Assembly (NCBI RefSeq): GCF_006345805.1 | Contig: NC_043021.1 | Span: 7,564,001 to 7,628,000, forward strand | From: Octopus sinensis | Taxonomy: Eukaryota | DNA: 64,000 bases | Direction: 5' to 3' | Position numbers and translations under genes: made by a program | Part shown: one piece after another, positions 1-13,187 of the stretch | Numbering within the stretch: position 1 is the stretch's first letter | Layout of the letters: every line of letters begins with the position of its first letter | Notes under the pieces: generated by a model | The model's input: the letters and a program-made list of their open reading frames with translations, nothing else | The model's database searches: none | What the model was told of the DNA's origin: nothing

Positions 1-107
1 TGTTAGCATGGAAAACGGACGCTAAATGATGATGATGATGATGATGATGTTTCAGTCATTTGGCTGCGGTCAGGCTGAAGCATCACATTGAAGGGTTTTA
101 GTTGAAG

Positions 108-157
108 AAATAAGACACTCTGTCATCAAAATATCATCATTCAGGTTGACCAAGTGA
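108..157 (-). pseudogene. 50-bp degenerate copy of part of exon 13
   Basis: 46/50 identical to 1190-1239; lacks splice sites; abuts a SINE fragment. Confidence 0.85.
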
Positions 158-460
158 TAAATATGATCTTAATTCTTTTAAATCCCATATTAATCATTCA
201 ATGGTTTTTTTGAGCAGGTTCACATTTGATTTTTTTCTTTTCTCATTTTCTTTTAAAACTTTGGTAAACGGTTTCAATCTAGTTTATTTTAAAATATGAA
301 GTTTCTATCATTGAACCAGGAGCAGTCTTGGGCAGATTGTTATCAAAAGGTTTAACCGTTTGGTGTTCAGATTATTCTGTCAAATGTAATGCTTATTGAT
401 TCACATCATTTTAAGTCGATCATGCATTATCTCATAGCTTTGAGATTTCAATGATGTGAT

Positions 461-865
461 TACTCTTTTACTTGTTTCAGTCATTTGACTGCAGCCATGC
501 TGGAGCACCGCCTTTAGTCGAGAAATTCGACCCCGGGACTTATTCTTTTGTAAGCCCAGTACTTATTCTATCAGTCTCTTTTGCCGAACCGCTAAGTAAC
601 GGGGACATAAACACACCAGCATCGGTTGTCAAGCAATGCTAGGGAGACAAACACAGACACACAAACACACACACATATATATATATATATATACACATAT
701 ACGACGGGCTTCTTTCAGTTTCTATCTACCAAATCAACTCACAAGGCTTTGGTCGGCCTGAGGCTATAGTAGAAGACACTTGCCCAAGGTGCCACGCAGT
801 GGGACTGAACCCGGAACCATGTGGTTGGTAAACAAGCTACTTACCACACAGCCACCCCTGCGCCT
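461..865 (-). mobile_element. tRNA-derived SINE family A (~400 bp, internal (TA)n/(TG)n, AAGAGTA tail), inserted into a TTAA-type MITE (~352-992)
   Basis: Head has A-box-like TGGCTGTGTGG and B-box-like GGTTCAGTCCC. Many copies in the window, e.g. ~23714-24162, 25690-26105, 26855-27258, 31959-32351, 38920-39333, 43716-44105, 55790-56178, 63156-63530. Confidence 0.85.
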
Positions 866-1164
866 ATACTTTTGTTTACTTTTTAAAGTGACATTGTAGG
901 GTAGATATAAGAGGCCAGATCTGGCTGGTTTCAAGAAAAAACAGGTAGAATATTTTGGTCAGATATGGCCAGTTTAAATGCTAAATGATTAAATGAGGTT
1001 GAACACATTGAATAACTTTATTTGTCCTCAAAAAGATGGAATGGTCAGGGTTGGAATGCATTTAATCATAGGTTTGTTCAATGGAAGGGCAGAGGGCTAC
1101 AGGAGAGTTATTAAACCACTAATATAGAGGGAAAAAGTGGGACAAGATGAGAAGGATTTCTTAC

Positions 1165-1244
1165 CTCGTAATACCATCCTTGATGTAGTAAATAAGACAC
1201 TCTGACATCAAAGGATCCTCATTCAGGTTGACCAAGTGAGGGGT
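1165..1244 (-). CDS. unc-104: unc-104/KIF1A-like coding exon 13, FHA lead-in ([27 protein letters not shown]); gene continues past the window start
   Basis: 80 nt; TGTCAG acceptor, GTAAG donor; [16 protein letters not shown] motif. Confidence 0.96.
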
Positions 1245-2101
1245 CTGACAAGAGAAAACATTAGATGTGTCTTTGAGAGATGAACACAATGAAATAATGT
1301 AACAGAACATTGTTGTCGAGTAGGTTTGGGACATGTATAGAAGGGTTGAAGTTTAGGAGTTTGTGATGGGTAGGAGATGGAGTGTGATGGGAGAGATAGG
1401 ATAAGTTAAGGGAAGGAGAGAGAGGGAGAGGTAACATGGAAGACAACACAAGAGAGAGAAGGAGAGATAATAAGGGAGAGAAAAGAAGAGACAACAGGGA
1501 AGAAAAAGAAAGGGAGAGACATAGGAAGATAGAGAAAGGGAGAGACATAGGAAGAGAGAGAGAAGGATAGATGACAGGAAAGAGAGGAGAGAGAGACAAG
1601 ATAAATAGAAAGAGATACAAGAGAGACAGGAGATACATCAGGGAGGAGCAAGAAGATAAAGAGAGAGAGAGAGAGACAAAAGAGGAAGGAGGGACACATG
1701 GGGAGAGAAAAGAGGCAGAAGGGAGATAGAGAAGAGGGAGAGTAAGAAGGAAAAAAGTGAAGAAAATATATTAAAGAGAATACGAGAACAAGAATAAGAA
1801 GGATTTGAAAGTGTACAGGAGAAATGAATGAAAAAAATCTGAAAAAGAGAGAATAAAAGAGAGAGAGAAAAAGAGCATCTGAAAAAAGAAGAGTGAAAGA
1901 AAGAGAAGAGAGAAAAAAATATTTTTGATAATAGAAAACTAAAGGAAGTCAGAAAATAGAAAACAGGCATCAAATATGATTGTCTGAAATATCAGAGAAA
2001 AGGAGTACAAGGATGTGATAGCTGAAGACAGGGAGATGTGAGGAGTTCAAAAAGTTTAAGTAGAAGAATTGGCAAAAAAACAAAAACAAAAAAAAATCTA
2101 C

Positions 2102-2177
2102 CTTTTTTGGAGAAAATACGCCGATGGTTCCGCCATCTTCTCTCAGAGCTACACCCATTTCAGCAAGAACTGCTTCT
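2102..2177 (-). CDS. unc-104: unc-104/KIF1A-like coding exon 12 ([25 protein letters not shown])
   Basis: 76 nt; TTACAG acceptor, GTAGA donor; KIF1-specific EDGGTxGVFSPKK. Confidence 0.96.
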
Positions 2178-2671
2178 CTGTAATGAGACAACCGATCAAA
2201 AATAACTTAGGTAATCAAATATGTAAATGATATATTTTTTTTAAAAAAAAAGACACTCTTCACAATATATATATATATATATAACTTTATAATTCCTATT
2301 AGCAAATGAAACGTGTGTAATGGTGAATAAATAATGTAAAAAAATTTCCAATTTTTTGTTTTGTTAAATATATATACACATACACACACACTCAAATGGT
2401 GTTATTACCCAACATTTGAAAGGTGCTTTCAACAGGCCAGTTACATGACACTAGCATCTCAAAGCAAGGTAATATTTTCCCATAGTCAGACATGTTTTTC
2501 ATAGACAATTGGAGGCCAACAACCCCACTTGTATGATGATGATGCTCATTTACGACCATCACACGATGTCTTGACATAAGTACACAAAAACACAAACACA
2601 CACATATCATATCTAAAGAAACAGTCTGTGAAAACAAATTCCTTTTAAATAAAAATTCCTTCAAAATACAC

Positions 2672-3003
2672 ACCATGGCAGTTTTTGAGTTTCCACCTAA
2701 ATTGTTAGGAAAGGAACAAAATAATAATAATAATAATAATAATATTTTTTATAATAATATTTTTTATAATAATAATAATTTCTATTATAGGCATAAGTCC
2801 TGAAATTCGTGAGAAGGGGAATAGTCAATTACATCAGCCCCTGTGTTCAGTTAGAACTTATTTCATCAACTCCAAAAGGATATAAGGTAAAGTTGTTTAT
2901 AAGGAGGAGGGTTTCTAATACCAGAAGGCATTTCACATTTGCAATGCTGTCAATGAATCACACACACAGGTTTCTTTCAATTTCCATCAACCAAATCCAC
3001 TCA
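2672..3003 (-). repeat. Diverged local duplication of 4288-4633 (upstream intron, acceptor and first 25 nt of exon 9)
   Basis: ACCATGGCAGTTTTTGAGTTTCCAC is identical to exon 9; colinear similarity continues ~330 bp through the (AAT)n tract and SINE pieces. Confidence 0.9.
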
Positions 3004-3112
3004 GTAATTTCACTGCCCATAGTACATAAAACTCTACACTAAGTCCCTCTTGCACACACACACACACATGGATGGCAGTGAATTCAAATGAAGAAAATAG
3101 ATAGATATGAAC

Positions 3113-3281
3113 CTGTCTTTTCTAATAGCTTCTGTTTTACGAAGTTTTTCTTCCCAAGATTCATTGAGTTCAGCCATTAGTTTCTCAGACAACTGAAGAC
3201 GTTCCACTGGGTCATCACCATCGGTGGACATGGATTCTTTACGAGTGCGTTTTATTTCTTTTTGGCCGGTTGGGGTGTTAC
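3113..3281 (-). CDS. unc-104: unc-104/KIF1A-like coding exon 11, CC1 (...[31 protein letters not shown])
   Basis: 169 nt; CTGCAG acceptor, GTTCAT donor; phases 1 and 2 match neighbours; WEEKLRKTE motif. Confidence 0.92.
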
Positions 3282-3467
3282 CTGCAGAAGAATGAAGAAA
3301 TTGACAAATGTTGAAGACCACACAAAAAGAGAAAGTTGCCAAATAATGTTGAAGATGATAATTAATATCAAAAAGACAAATTACAAAAATAAATGCTGCA
3401 TTAATTTTTTTTCAAAATCAAAAAAGAAATATATAAATAAAATTGGGTGAAGAAGAATGAAACTTAC

Positions 3468-3607
3468 ATTCATTTATTTCAATTCCTTCATGAACCAAAA
3501 GTTCTCGTAAACGAGCAACTTCTTCCTTGAGCTCACGAATGACCTTGGCATTTGGATCTTCATTGACCACAGCCTTACACACGATCTGTTTGGCTCGGTC
3601 AGCATAT
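3468..3607 (-). CDS. unc-104: unc-104/KIF1A-like coding exon 10, neck linker and neck coil ([37 protein letters not shown]...)
   Basis: 140 nt; TCTAG acceptor, GTAAG donor. Confidence 0.96.
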
Positions 3608-4233
3608 CTAGAAGGACAATTATAGAGATTACATATAACATATGGTACGTGTGGAAATATATACAACAGGTCATAGGTAGAAATTTATAAAGTTACGAGC
3701 ACACATACATTTCATCTTGGTCTAAGATGACCTAAAAATAAATAGCATATAGATACTACCCTTCTATCTTAACACTAGTGCTTCAGTCACAGAATTAAAT
3801 CATTTTTTGCATTCTGTCTTACACACACACACACACACACACACACTGTATGAAGTTACACTTACTCAGCCTCTTAACATCACCCATCTATAATTCATAA
3901 TTTTATCTTCCTTCCAGATTCACATCTATACTAGAAACAACACTCGGACATTAGGAATCCATTTGCAATGGAGACTTGCAGGTAAGTTCTCTCAAAATGT
4001 ATCAGACATTATCTGGAACCAGGCAGGCCAAGAGGCTTTACTCCAATCCACAATGAGTGGGGGCAGTTAAGCTTTAAAGACTCTAATTTGTAAGTATATG
4101 ATCAACATGAATTAAAAATATATTGTCACACATTTCTGATCCCTGAAGCTTCTACATAGAAAAGTGTGTTTGTGTGTGTGTGTGTGTGTGTTAAATTAAG
4201 AAGGTAAAAAACAATGAAAACTTATTCCCTTAC

Positions 4234-4312
4234 CTTAGTGTACTGAGGGTTTCATCAAAATTGATGTCAGCTGGGCTGAGTGCAGCAACCATGGCAGTTT
4301 TTGAGTTTCCAC
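4234..4312 (-). CDS. unc-104: unc-104/KIF1A-like coding exon 9 ([27 protein letters not shown])
   Basis: 79 nt; TTCAG acceptor, GTAAG donor; in frame. Confidence 0.97.
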
Positions 4313-4360
4313 CTGAATTGTTAGGAAAAGAACAAAAAATAACAATAATAATATTTTCTT

Positions 4361-4396
<36 letters not shown>

Positions 4397-5088
4397 TCCT
4401 ATTATAGACATAAGGCCTGAAATTCATGGGGAAGGAGTTCATCAATAACATCAACTCCAATGTTCAGTTGGAACTTATTTCATCAGCCCCCAAAAGGATG
4501 TAAGGTAAAGCTGTTAATAAGGGGGAGGAGGAAGTGGGGTTCTTATACCAGAAGGGATTTCATATGCTGCCAATGAATAACACACACACTCTCACAGAGG
4601 CTTCTTTCAGTTTCCATCAACCAAATTCACTCACAAGACTTTGGTCAGCCTGGTGCTATTATAGAAAGCATTTGTCCAAGTGTCTATGCAGTAGGACAGA
4701 ACCTGAAAATATACGGTTGGAAAATGAACTTCTCAACCACACAGCCATGCCTACACCCAGAGTTTTTTTTTTTTTTAAACCTTTGCCTGTCTAAAGCATT
4801 TTCACATGTGTCCAAAATACCCATGTTTGTTTTCAGATTTTTAGTTAGATTTTTCTTTCATATGTTCTGAGTAATTTAAAGCTTTTCTTTCTGATGTCCC
4901 AAGTGACTTTGGTGGTTGAAAAAAAAATTAGAAATATGTATCATATACAACACATGGATGCCAGGAAAATATGTCTTATGTATTACATGTGAAATATAAG
5001 ACAGGCAAAGGGTCAAACCTATTAAATCCACAGTCCACAACAGCCTCCACCTTTCACATTCATTTATTTTTATTATCATGGCTAAGTT

Positions 5089-5513
5089 TCAGCCCAGGCA
5101 ACAGCAACAAACGGTGTGTCTGCCACATTCACGGCTCTCGGTACAATCATTCAGGCAGTTATTCATCGAACGTTCCAGCCAACGCCAATTCAACACCTCT
5201 GTCTGAAGGAAGTCTCCGAAGCAGTCCTCTTGAAGGCAGACTTCACAGACATGATACAGTTCCGTAGTGGTCATCATCTGGTAAGTCAGGCAGTGGTAAA
5301 AGATGGCAGGATACAGTGACACAGATCAATGCAGACTCTGTAATGAGGAGGTGGCATCTGCAGAACATCTTTGGTTGAGATGTCCTGCCCTGATGGTGGA
5401 ACGCTATATCTGCCAACTAGGGGCTACAATGGATGAGATGATTAGTCTCCCTTCCGCGGCTCTAGCACTTCTGAGAGTTATCCTCAGGTGCTTGAGGTGG
5501 CCAACAACAACAA
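5089..5513 (+). mobile_element. 5'-truncated non-LTR retrotransposon 3' end (I-group-like, C-terminal CCHC zinc knuckle)
   Basis: Frameshifted peptides ...QFRSGHH... and CRLCNEEVASAEHLWLRCPAL (C-x2-C-x8-H-x4-C), followed by a (CAA)n tail. Confidence 0.7.
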
Positions 5514-5926
5514 AGTCCACTCAGCACTCTTTTTGGACCAACATTACTGCCTTGAGATCATAGATACATTGTCAATGTGTGACGACATTTTCTTTTTACA
5601 TCACCATGAAGCAAGGTAATATTTCCCCATAGTTGAACATTCTGACCCAGAAGATTGAAAACAAAAGACTGTTTGTATGAAGGTGACACTCACTTCACAA
5701 CATGAAGTGGGTTCCACAAGACTAATTTAGACGCTTCCATTTCAGGGTGGCGCATGCAGTAACCAGAAAGTTGCAGCTGCCTTTGCCTGATCTTCTCACT
5801 AACTTCCACATTTATACTGTCTTATTGGAATAGATTTTCATGGTTCTCACCACACAAACCCAACAAGTGAAAGCAATGATTTCCTGATGGTGTTATCCAA
5901 GCAAGATCTCATTCTAAGTACTGTCA

Positions 5927-6082
<156 letters not shown>

Positions 6083-6730
6083 CTATAAGAAAATGAAATA
6101 ACAGGAACACATCATTACATGTTAAAACAATCACAGTGTAATTAATTATCCCTTTCCCCATGAATTTCAGGCCTTATGCCTATAAATGAATATTTTAATT
6201 ATTAGTGACAGAAGTAGTATTAAAACCAAAAGGGAATCTTTATATCCAACGTAACATGGATGTTCTGTTAGAACACTCAATACTGCATTACTAACTTTGA
6301 GAGACCCTCTCAAAGAGGTGTTTGGTGCATATATATTATATATATATGATAGAATGAGAAATACAAAGTCATTGATACAGTATTATATATTTGAGAAAAT
6401 GAATAGAAATGGCTTTTCTGACAACTTTTCCACTTAAGTAATTAGATGTTTATGATTTTACAAAATGTAACCAAACAGGTCTGGGCTATTTGTGTCCATC
6501 TTCAGTGGTGAATATCTGACCACTAGATCTCTAGCAGTCGGGTGTTCACCAAATAGCCCAAAACTGTTCGCTCACCTTTTGTAAAATTAAAAACATCTAA
6601 TTATTAAAGTGGAAAAATTACCATTTCTATTCATTTTTTCAAATATATAATAATACTGTACCAAGGACTTTCTATTTTTTATTCTACTATATATACATAC
6701 ATACATACATACATATATATATATATATAG

Positions 6731-7017
6731 TGGAGGCACAATGGCTCGGTGGTTAGGGCAGTGGACTCGCGGTCGTAGGATCACGGTTTCAATTCCCAGA
6801 CCAGGCGTTGTGAGTGTTTATTGAGCGAAAACACCTAAAAAGCTCCATGAGGCTCCGGCAGGGGGTGGTGATCCCTGCTGTACTCTTTCACCACACTTTC
6901 TTCTGTTGGCCTGCTCGCTTAGCCAGCGGGGTGGCATAATTCGAAGGCTAAAACAATGCGAACGCATTGTGACCAGCGATGTGTAACAACATCTGATGGT
7001 CTGGTCGGTCACGTGAT

Positions 7018-7025
<8 letters not shown>
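6731..7025 (+). mobile_element. tRNA-derived SINE family C, tail variant 1
   Basis: A-box-like TGGCTCGGTGG and B-box-like GGTTTCAATTCC; 5' ~170 bp shared with the 24405 copy; sits between (TA)n tracts. Confidence 0.8.
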
Positions 7026-7064
<39 letters not shown>

Positions 7065-10000
7065 TATATAAAATTGTATTTATATTCATCTTAGTCCATC
7101 TGACTCATACTGTGCTGTGTATAAAGTAAATATGTTGTTTAAACAATAATAAGCGTCTTCTTCACAAAGCACAAATATGCAAATTACTTTATTTGATGAC
7201 ACAAAAAATACAGATATATTACATATACCGCAATTTCAATAGCACATATTCAGGAGAATAAGTTTTTAGTGCATTTAAGCATGTACTACAAGCTCAAATT
7301 TTCATATAGACTCAGGGCAATTTTTTGAGACGTTTGTTGGGGAGGGTAGGTCCTCAATATGGCAAACTATCCACCATGGTGATAACCTATGACTGTTTTA
7401 TATAACAACTTACTGTTCTATGGTATTGATTAAGAAAAGGAAACTAGGTATATCTTCTCTGAGGAATAGCGAGCAAATTGTGAAACAGCCAATCAGGAGA
7501 TTTCTCACCTCTTTTTACCACACACCCAAAGCATAGAAGAAATGTGTTTAAATTGTGAATATTTCTCTCACAGCTAGGTTTTCTAATATTAAAAACATCA
7601 AGTCAACAACTGTATTTATAAGGGGAATCATCTTGGCAGATTGAATCTCATTCCATCAACAGAAATAACTCAATATCCATTATGTTTCAATACCGTTGCT
7701 GTTTAGAATGACTGTAAATAGCTGTAAATAGACATTCTTTTATTCTTTTACTCATTTCAGCCATGCAGCTGTGGTCATGCTGGAGCACCACCAAATTAAG
7801 ATATTTCAGAATTAAATCTCTTTCACAAAAACAGACACCAACCACTGCCTGTGGTAAACACCAAACAATGATATATTAATATATTAGCTGTTGGTATTTT
7901 ACTTCTGTTGAAGATACAGCAGTAAGTCTATCGCAAGGGAGCTACAGACTATTGGCATTCTGCACTCATACCTAGAGCTCTTCTGCTTCACTATCATCAC
8001 ATTTTTTACTTCCATTTCTCCATGCTTGCATGGGTCAGAAAGAATTTGTTGAAGCAAATTATTTTATGGCTGGATGCTCTTCCTGTCACCAACCCTTACT
8101 TGTTTCCAAGTAAGGTCATATTTCTCCATGGCTGGATATTCTTACACAGAAGATCGAAAACAAAAGACACAGTTTATATGATGGTGACACACACACTATC
8201 AGGTTTCTATCAAGACAAGAAGACACAAACACACACACACACACATATACAACAGGCTTCATTCATTAAGCAAACCTCTTAACTACAAGGCCATATCTAT
8301 GCTTACATAATTTTGATACAGTCATTTCACCAGATTAATTTTACACTGGTGCACAACAGGAAGATGGTTTTCAGTGATGATCCAATATCAATTACGAAAC
8401 ATTTTATTTTTTCCCCAATTTAATTCGTAAAGTAACCAAGGAATTGACAAACTGACTTAAAACGACAATAAAATTGATGAAGCTTTCTGTATATGTCTGT
8501 CTCTGAACAAGACAAATATACATATTCTATATTATTCTTTGTATGACTGGGTACACATTGACGATACAAATTGCATAGGATTTAATTTGCAATTAAATTT
8601 AAATATTGCAGTAAATATAAATTTTTAAAACATTCAGAAAAAAAAAGAGAATTCTTACAATAAAATTCCATGTGAAAAGGGTTTTGTCTTTTGGAAATTT
8701 TTTTTTCCTCATGATGAAAGCTATTTACCAAAATGTATTTATATAAGTCATATAACGACGTATGTATTTATGTAAGTAATATAATGACATATATTTTACT
8801 TCTTAAATAAATATACACTACATAAATAGATTCTCATTTTATTATCATTTCAATACAAAACATGGCCTTCTTATAAATGAAAGGAATCATTATCAATAAC
8901 AATAATAAAAAAAAAAATCAATATTATCTTAGAAAGACAGACAGACAGATAGATAGATAGATAGATAGATAGATAGGAAGAATGTAAGGCAAATAACATA
9001 TTTAAAAATGTAGAAAGTAAATTATTTAATTGCGAAGAAAGAAATGGCTAGTGAACAACAATAAATTATAGTTTCAGATGTATTGAATTATGCCTGACAT
9101 TACTGTAATAGTCAGACAAACTAGGATTTCAGATAGAATAACAATAACAGCAGCAATAAAACTATCAGCAACAGAGGTAAATGAACATCAAGTTTAGAGA
9201 TAGAATAACAGACATTGAACTGAGGCAAGAGAAACAGGAAGCTGACAACATTAAGAGAGAAAAACAAAAACAGAACAACTTTCAAATAGAAATCTTCACT
9301 GAAAGAAAGACAAACCCTTATTTATTTATTTTATTATTATTATTTTTTTTTGTTCAGTTTCAAAACTTAGTGAAAAATTGTTTTTAATAATAGAATTTAA
9401 TGGTATTTAAAGTTATAAATTATGGCTTCAAATTTTGGCACAAGGTCTGGAATTTCGCAGGGAGAGGGTTAGACAATTTTATTGACCCCAGTGCACAACC
9501 TGTTTCTTAATCTCATTTGTATCAATTTCTCTTCACTTAATAGATGGATGCCCTTCAGAAAGGACCACACACCAGAAACCTCTGACTTTCTGTTTCATTT
9601 TAGACCTGGGGACTTGTTATTGGGCAAGGAATTATCTTAACATTTTGTAGGAATGAAAATGTGTAAGATTAAAGTATAGAATTTAAAAGCACATGGAATT
9701 TCACTGAACTCATAAGCAACACTAGTTATAACCAGAAAACATGTAGCAGATCGTTAGAGAATAATCACAAAGGGTCTTCTTTATCCTTTTATGCTGAAGG
9801 CAAAGTCAACCTTGGAAGAATTTGAACTCCGGATGTAAAGACAGATGAAATACTTAAGTATTTTTCCCAGTGTGCTAATGATTCTGCCAGCCCGCCACCT
9901 TGGTAAAGCTTTTAATAACATTATGTAAATATTGAGTAAAATCTCCCCTTGGATCTAAAAAGTCAAAGGTTGTCCATGGCTCCACTTACTGAGAAGAGAA

Positions 10001-10339
10001 CGAATATTAAAAATTCCTTGTTTCTCCTTCCCCTTTTGATACCAATGCACCTAAGATTGCCCCTGGTTTTATGATACAAACTTCCAACTTAAACATGAAC
10101 TAAATTAAAATCTTCCATAGAAATTTCATGTTTGGTTATATTCCAAAAACCTGTTTAATAATGACCGAGATATTTTACTTAAATTCTTCATTATTTTCAA
10201 AGTTAATTAGAACAAAAACAATGAATTTCAATAGAAATATATTTGTCATATAAATTAGTTTACTCATTACTCTTTTACTTGTTTCAGTCATTTGACTGTG
10301 GCCATGCTGGAGCACCGCCTTTAGTCAAGCAAATGAATG

Positions 10340-10389
<50 letters not shown>

Positions 10390-12968
10390 GAAAGAGGAGA
10401 GAGAGAGAGAGAGAGTTGCCTCCTCCTTGTCTATGTGTATTAGTCTACCAAAGAAATATAATATTCTATATAAGAATATATTTCTAGCCCTGCTAAACGA
10501 TAAATAATATTGGCATTGTAATCCCTTGAGAAAATATTGAAATCTTACCATGATAGGCACATGGCTAAAGTGGTTAGGGTGTTACATTCATGATTGTCAG
10601 ATCATAGTTTCAATTCCCAGACAAGGCACCGTGCTATATTCTTCAGCGTAACACTTTATTTCACATTACTCCAGTCCACTCAGCTGTAAATGGGTCCCAG
10701 CAATATCTGGTAAGTTAACTCTGCGACAGACCACCATCCCATTCAGGGGAGAGTGTTGTAATCTGAGTCACTTATAAGCCATTGAAACCAAACCAGATTA
10801 AGCTCTGGCCTTATGAGTTCTTGGGCTTAAAACAGATGTGAGCCTAATGAGCAAAGGAACACAAATATTCTACAGACTCTGGTCTACGCTGATTACACCT
10901 AATTACTTCTTGTTCTTTATGATTACCATTTGTGAGAGATAGAATCATTAGGGAACAGAACACATTGCCTACCCATTTTGCCCTTTTTTATCTACAGTCA
11001 ACAAATCAAATGCTAGCCAAGCACAAAGGTAGACAAACTGAAGTACCTCTTTTTCTCAAAACAAGGTCTTGTAATAAGGTTATGAAACCCTTATTATTAT
11101 CATTATTACTCCTCTCAGTGTAGACCTGTAAGTCAGACAGAAGGAATTGGAAAGGGCACTTGCTCTAAGTGTTCAGGGAAACTTCAAAGAGTGGGGTTCC
11201 TCGATTATCCCTAGACGGCCTCCTGTATCAAGAGGGTTACATCTCTATCATCCTCCCTCACCACCTTTTTTTAAACCTTTGTATGCTATGCATATGCCCC
11301 TTCTTTTTCAGTGTATACCATGTATACTTACCTTTTTTTATCATTTCATTATATATAAACCCCCACACTTTATGTCCACCTTTGTGTTGTCCCCCTCATC
11401 CTTTGCTCTTGTGGCAAATAAATGAAGTCATCATCGTCGTCATCATCATCATCATCATCAAGGTGGCAAGCTGGCAGAGTCATTAGCATGCTGGTGCAAA
11501 ATGCTTAGCAACATTTCATCTGCCTTTATATTCTGAGTTCAAATTCTGCCAGGGTCAACTTTGCCTTTCATCCTTTCAGGGTCAACAAAATAAGTATCAG
11601 TTGAGCACTGGGGTCAATGTAATCAACTTTCCCACTCCCATGAATATGCTGGCCTTGCGCTAAAATTTGAAACCATTATTGCTCTTGCTGACCAAGTGCA
11701 CAACCTGTTTCTTAATCTCATTTGTATCAATTTCTCTTCACTTAATAGATGGATGCCCTTCAGAAAGGACCACACACCAGAAACCTCTGACTTTCTGTTT
11801 CCTTTTAGACCTGGGGACTTGTTATTGGGCAAGGAATTATCTTAATTGTTATCCTTGTCATTAACATTTTGTAGGAATGAAAATGTGTAAGATTAAAGTA
11901 TAGAATTTAAAAGCACATGGAATTTCACTGAACTCACAAGCAGCACTAGTTATAACCAGAAAACATGTAGTAGATCTTCAGAGAATAATCACAAAGGGTC
12001 TTCTTAATCCTTTTACGCTGAAGTCAACTTTAACTTTTCTTCACTCTTGGACCCATTATAAGAATTACTAGTAAGATGTAGGATTAAATCAGCTGAAAAT
12101 AGCCAACTCCCCACTGCTAATCCCTCTCTGCAATATAAACCTTATGTTTATTCGTTATCATTTAATGTTTGTCTTCTATGTTGATAGGAGTTGGATGGTT
12201 TGAGAGTATTCAAAGAGCTTGAAGAGCGTGTTGAACCCAATGTCTGTTTTGGTATGGTTTTCTACCGATGGATATCCTCCTTAATGCCAACACTTTACAG
12301 AGTATACCAGGTACTTTTTATCATGACACAAGCACTAATGAGGTCACCAAGTACAAAGGAAAATCCCCATTGACTTAGTGGGGTTTTAGCAATGAGGGAG
12401 CTGGCTTTATACCAGGTGTGAAGAGACAGAGTATGATAGAGGGACCAGACTTAGGTACCATACAACAGATGAGATACAGGGCTATCCTCATTATATAAGG
12501 GCAGGTGGAAGTAGCTGGAAAGAAGACGATGATGGTAATGAGGTGACTAATGGAAATCAATATTACGTACATATTTCAATCTAAATCAACAACAACAACA
12601 ATAGACAATGTCAAGAATGTGCATAAATGAGTAAATATTAACAACATGTACTGCAGGCTTGACAGTGAGGAGGAAAGAGAAGTGAAGAGAGAATATAATG
12701 CGTACACAGCCTACATTGAGGATTTTAATCCTTGTGTCTTTTTTAATCATCAACAAACTAGATTAAGTGCTAAAAAAGTGATATGACACCATCAGCTTTC
12801 TTTAAAGATTTTATTATAAAAGAAAAAAAAAAGAGTACTGAAACTGTTTTAAAATAATAGGGATGAACAGATAAACACACTCATTGCACTTCAACATAAA
12901 GAAATATACATGCACCAGTGCACCAGTGAGGTACATTGAAAACCACACAACTGTTCTCAAGGTCTTAA

Positions 12969-13187
12969 CCCTTTAGTGTTCAGATTATTCAATCAAACAT
13001 AATGCTTTTTGATTCCCATTGATTTGAATCAATCATGCATTATCTCATATCTTCAAGATCTTGATGGTGTAATTACTTAATGTAGAATAACATTGTAGGG
13101 TAGGTGTGAGAGCCTGGATCTGGTCAGTTTGAACATAAAACAGATTAAATATTTTGGCCGGATATGGCCGGTTTAAATACTAAAGGG
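12969..13187. mobile_element. piggyBac-type MITE family 1 (TTAA-flanked, CCCTTTAG...CTAAAGGG)
   Basis: TTAA at 12965-68 and 13188-91 with terminal inverted repeats. Copies at ~352-992, 42469-42692, 60451-60673. Confidence 0.8.

Noticed and set aside
1261-1973. Leu/Ser/Phe-rich ORFs resembling membrane proteins
   Set aside because: Pyrimidine-rich low-complexity sequence of intron 12.
6731-6805. tRNA gene (also 24405-24480 and the SINE A/E heads)
   Set aside because: A/B boxes are present but continue into repeated SINE bodies, with a TSD in one case; no convincing cloverleaf or terminator.
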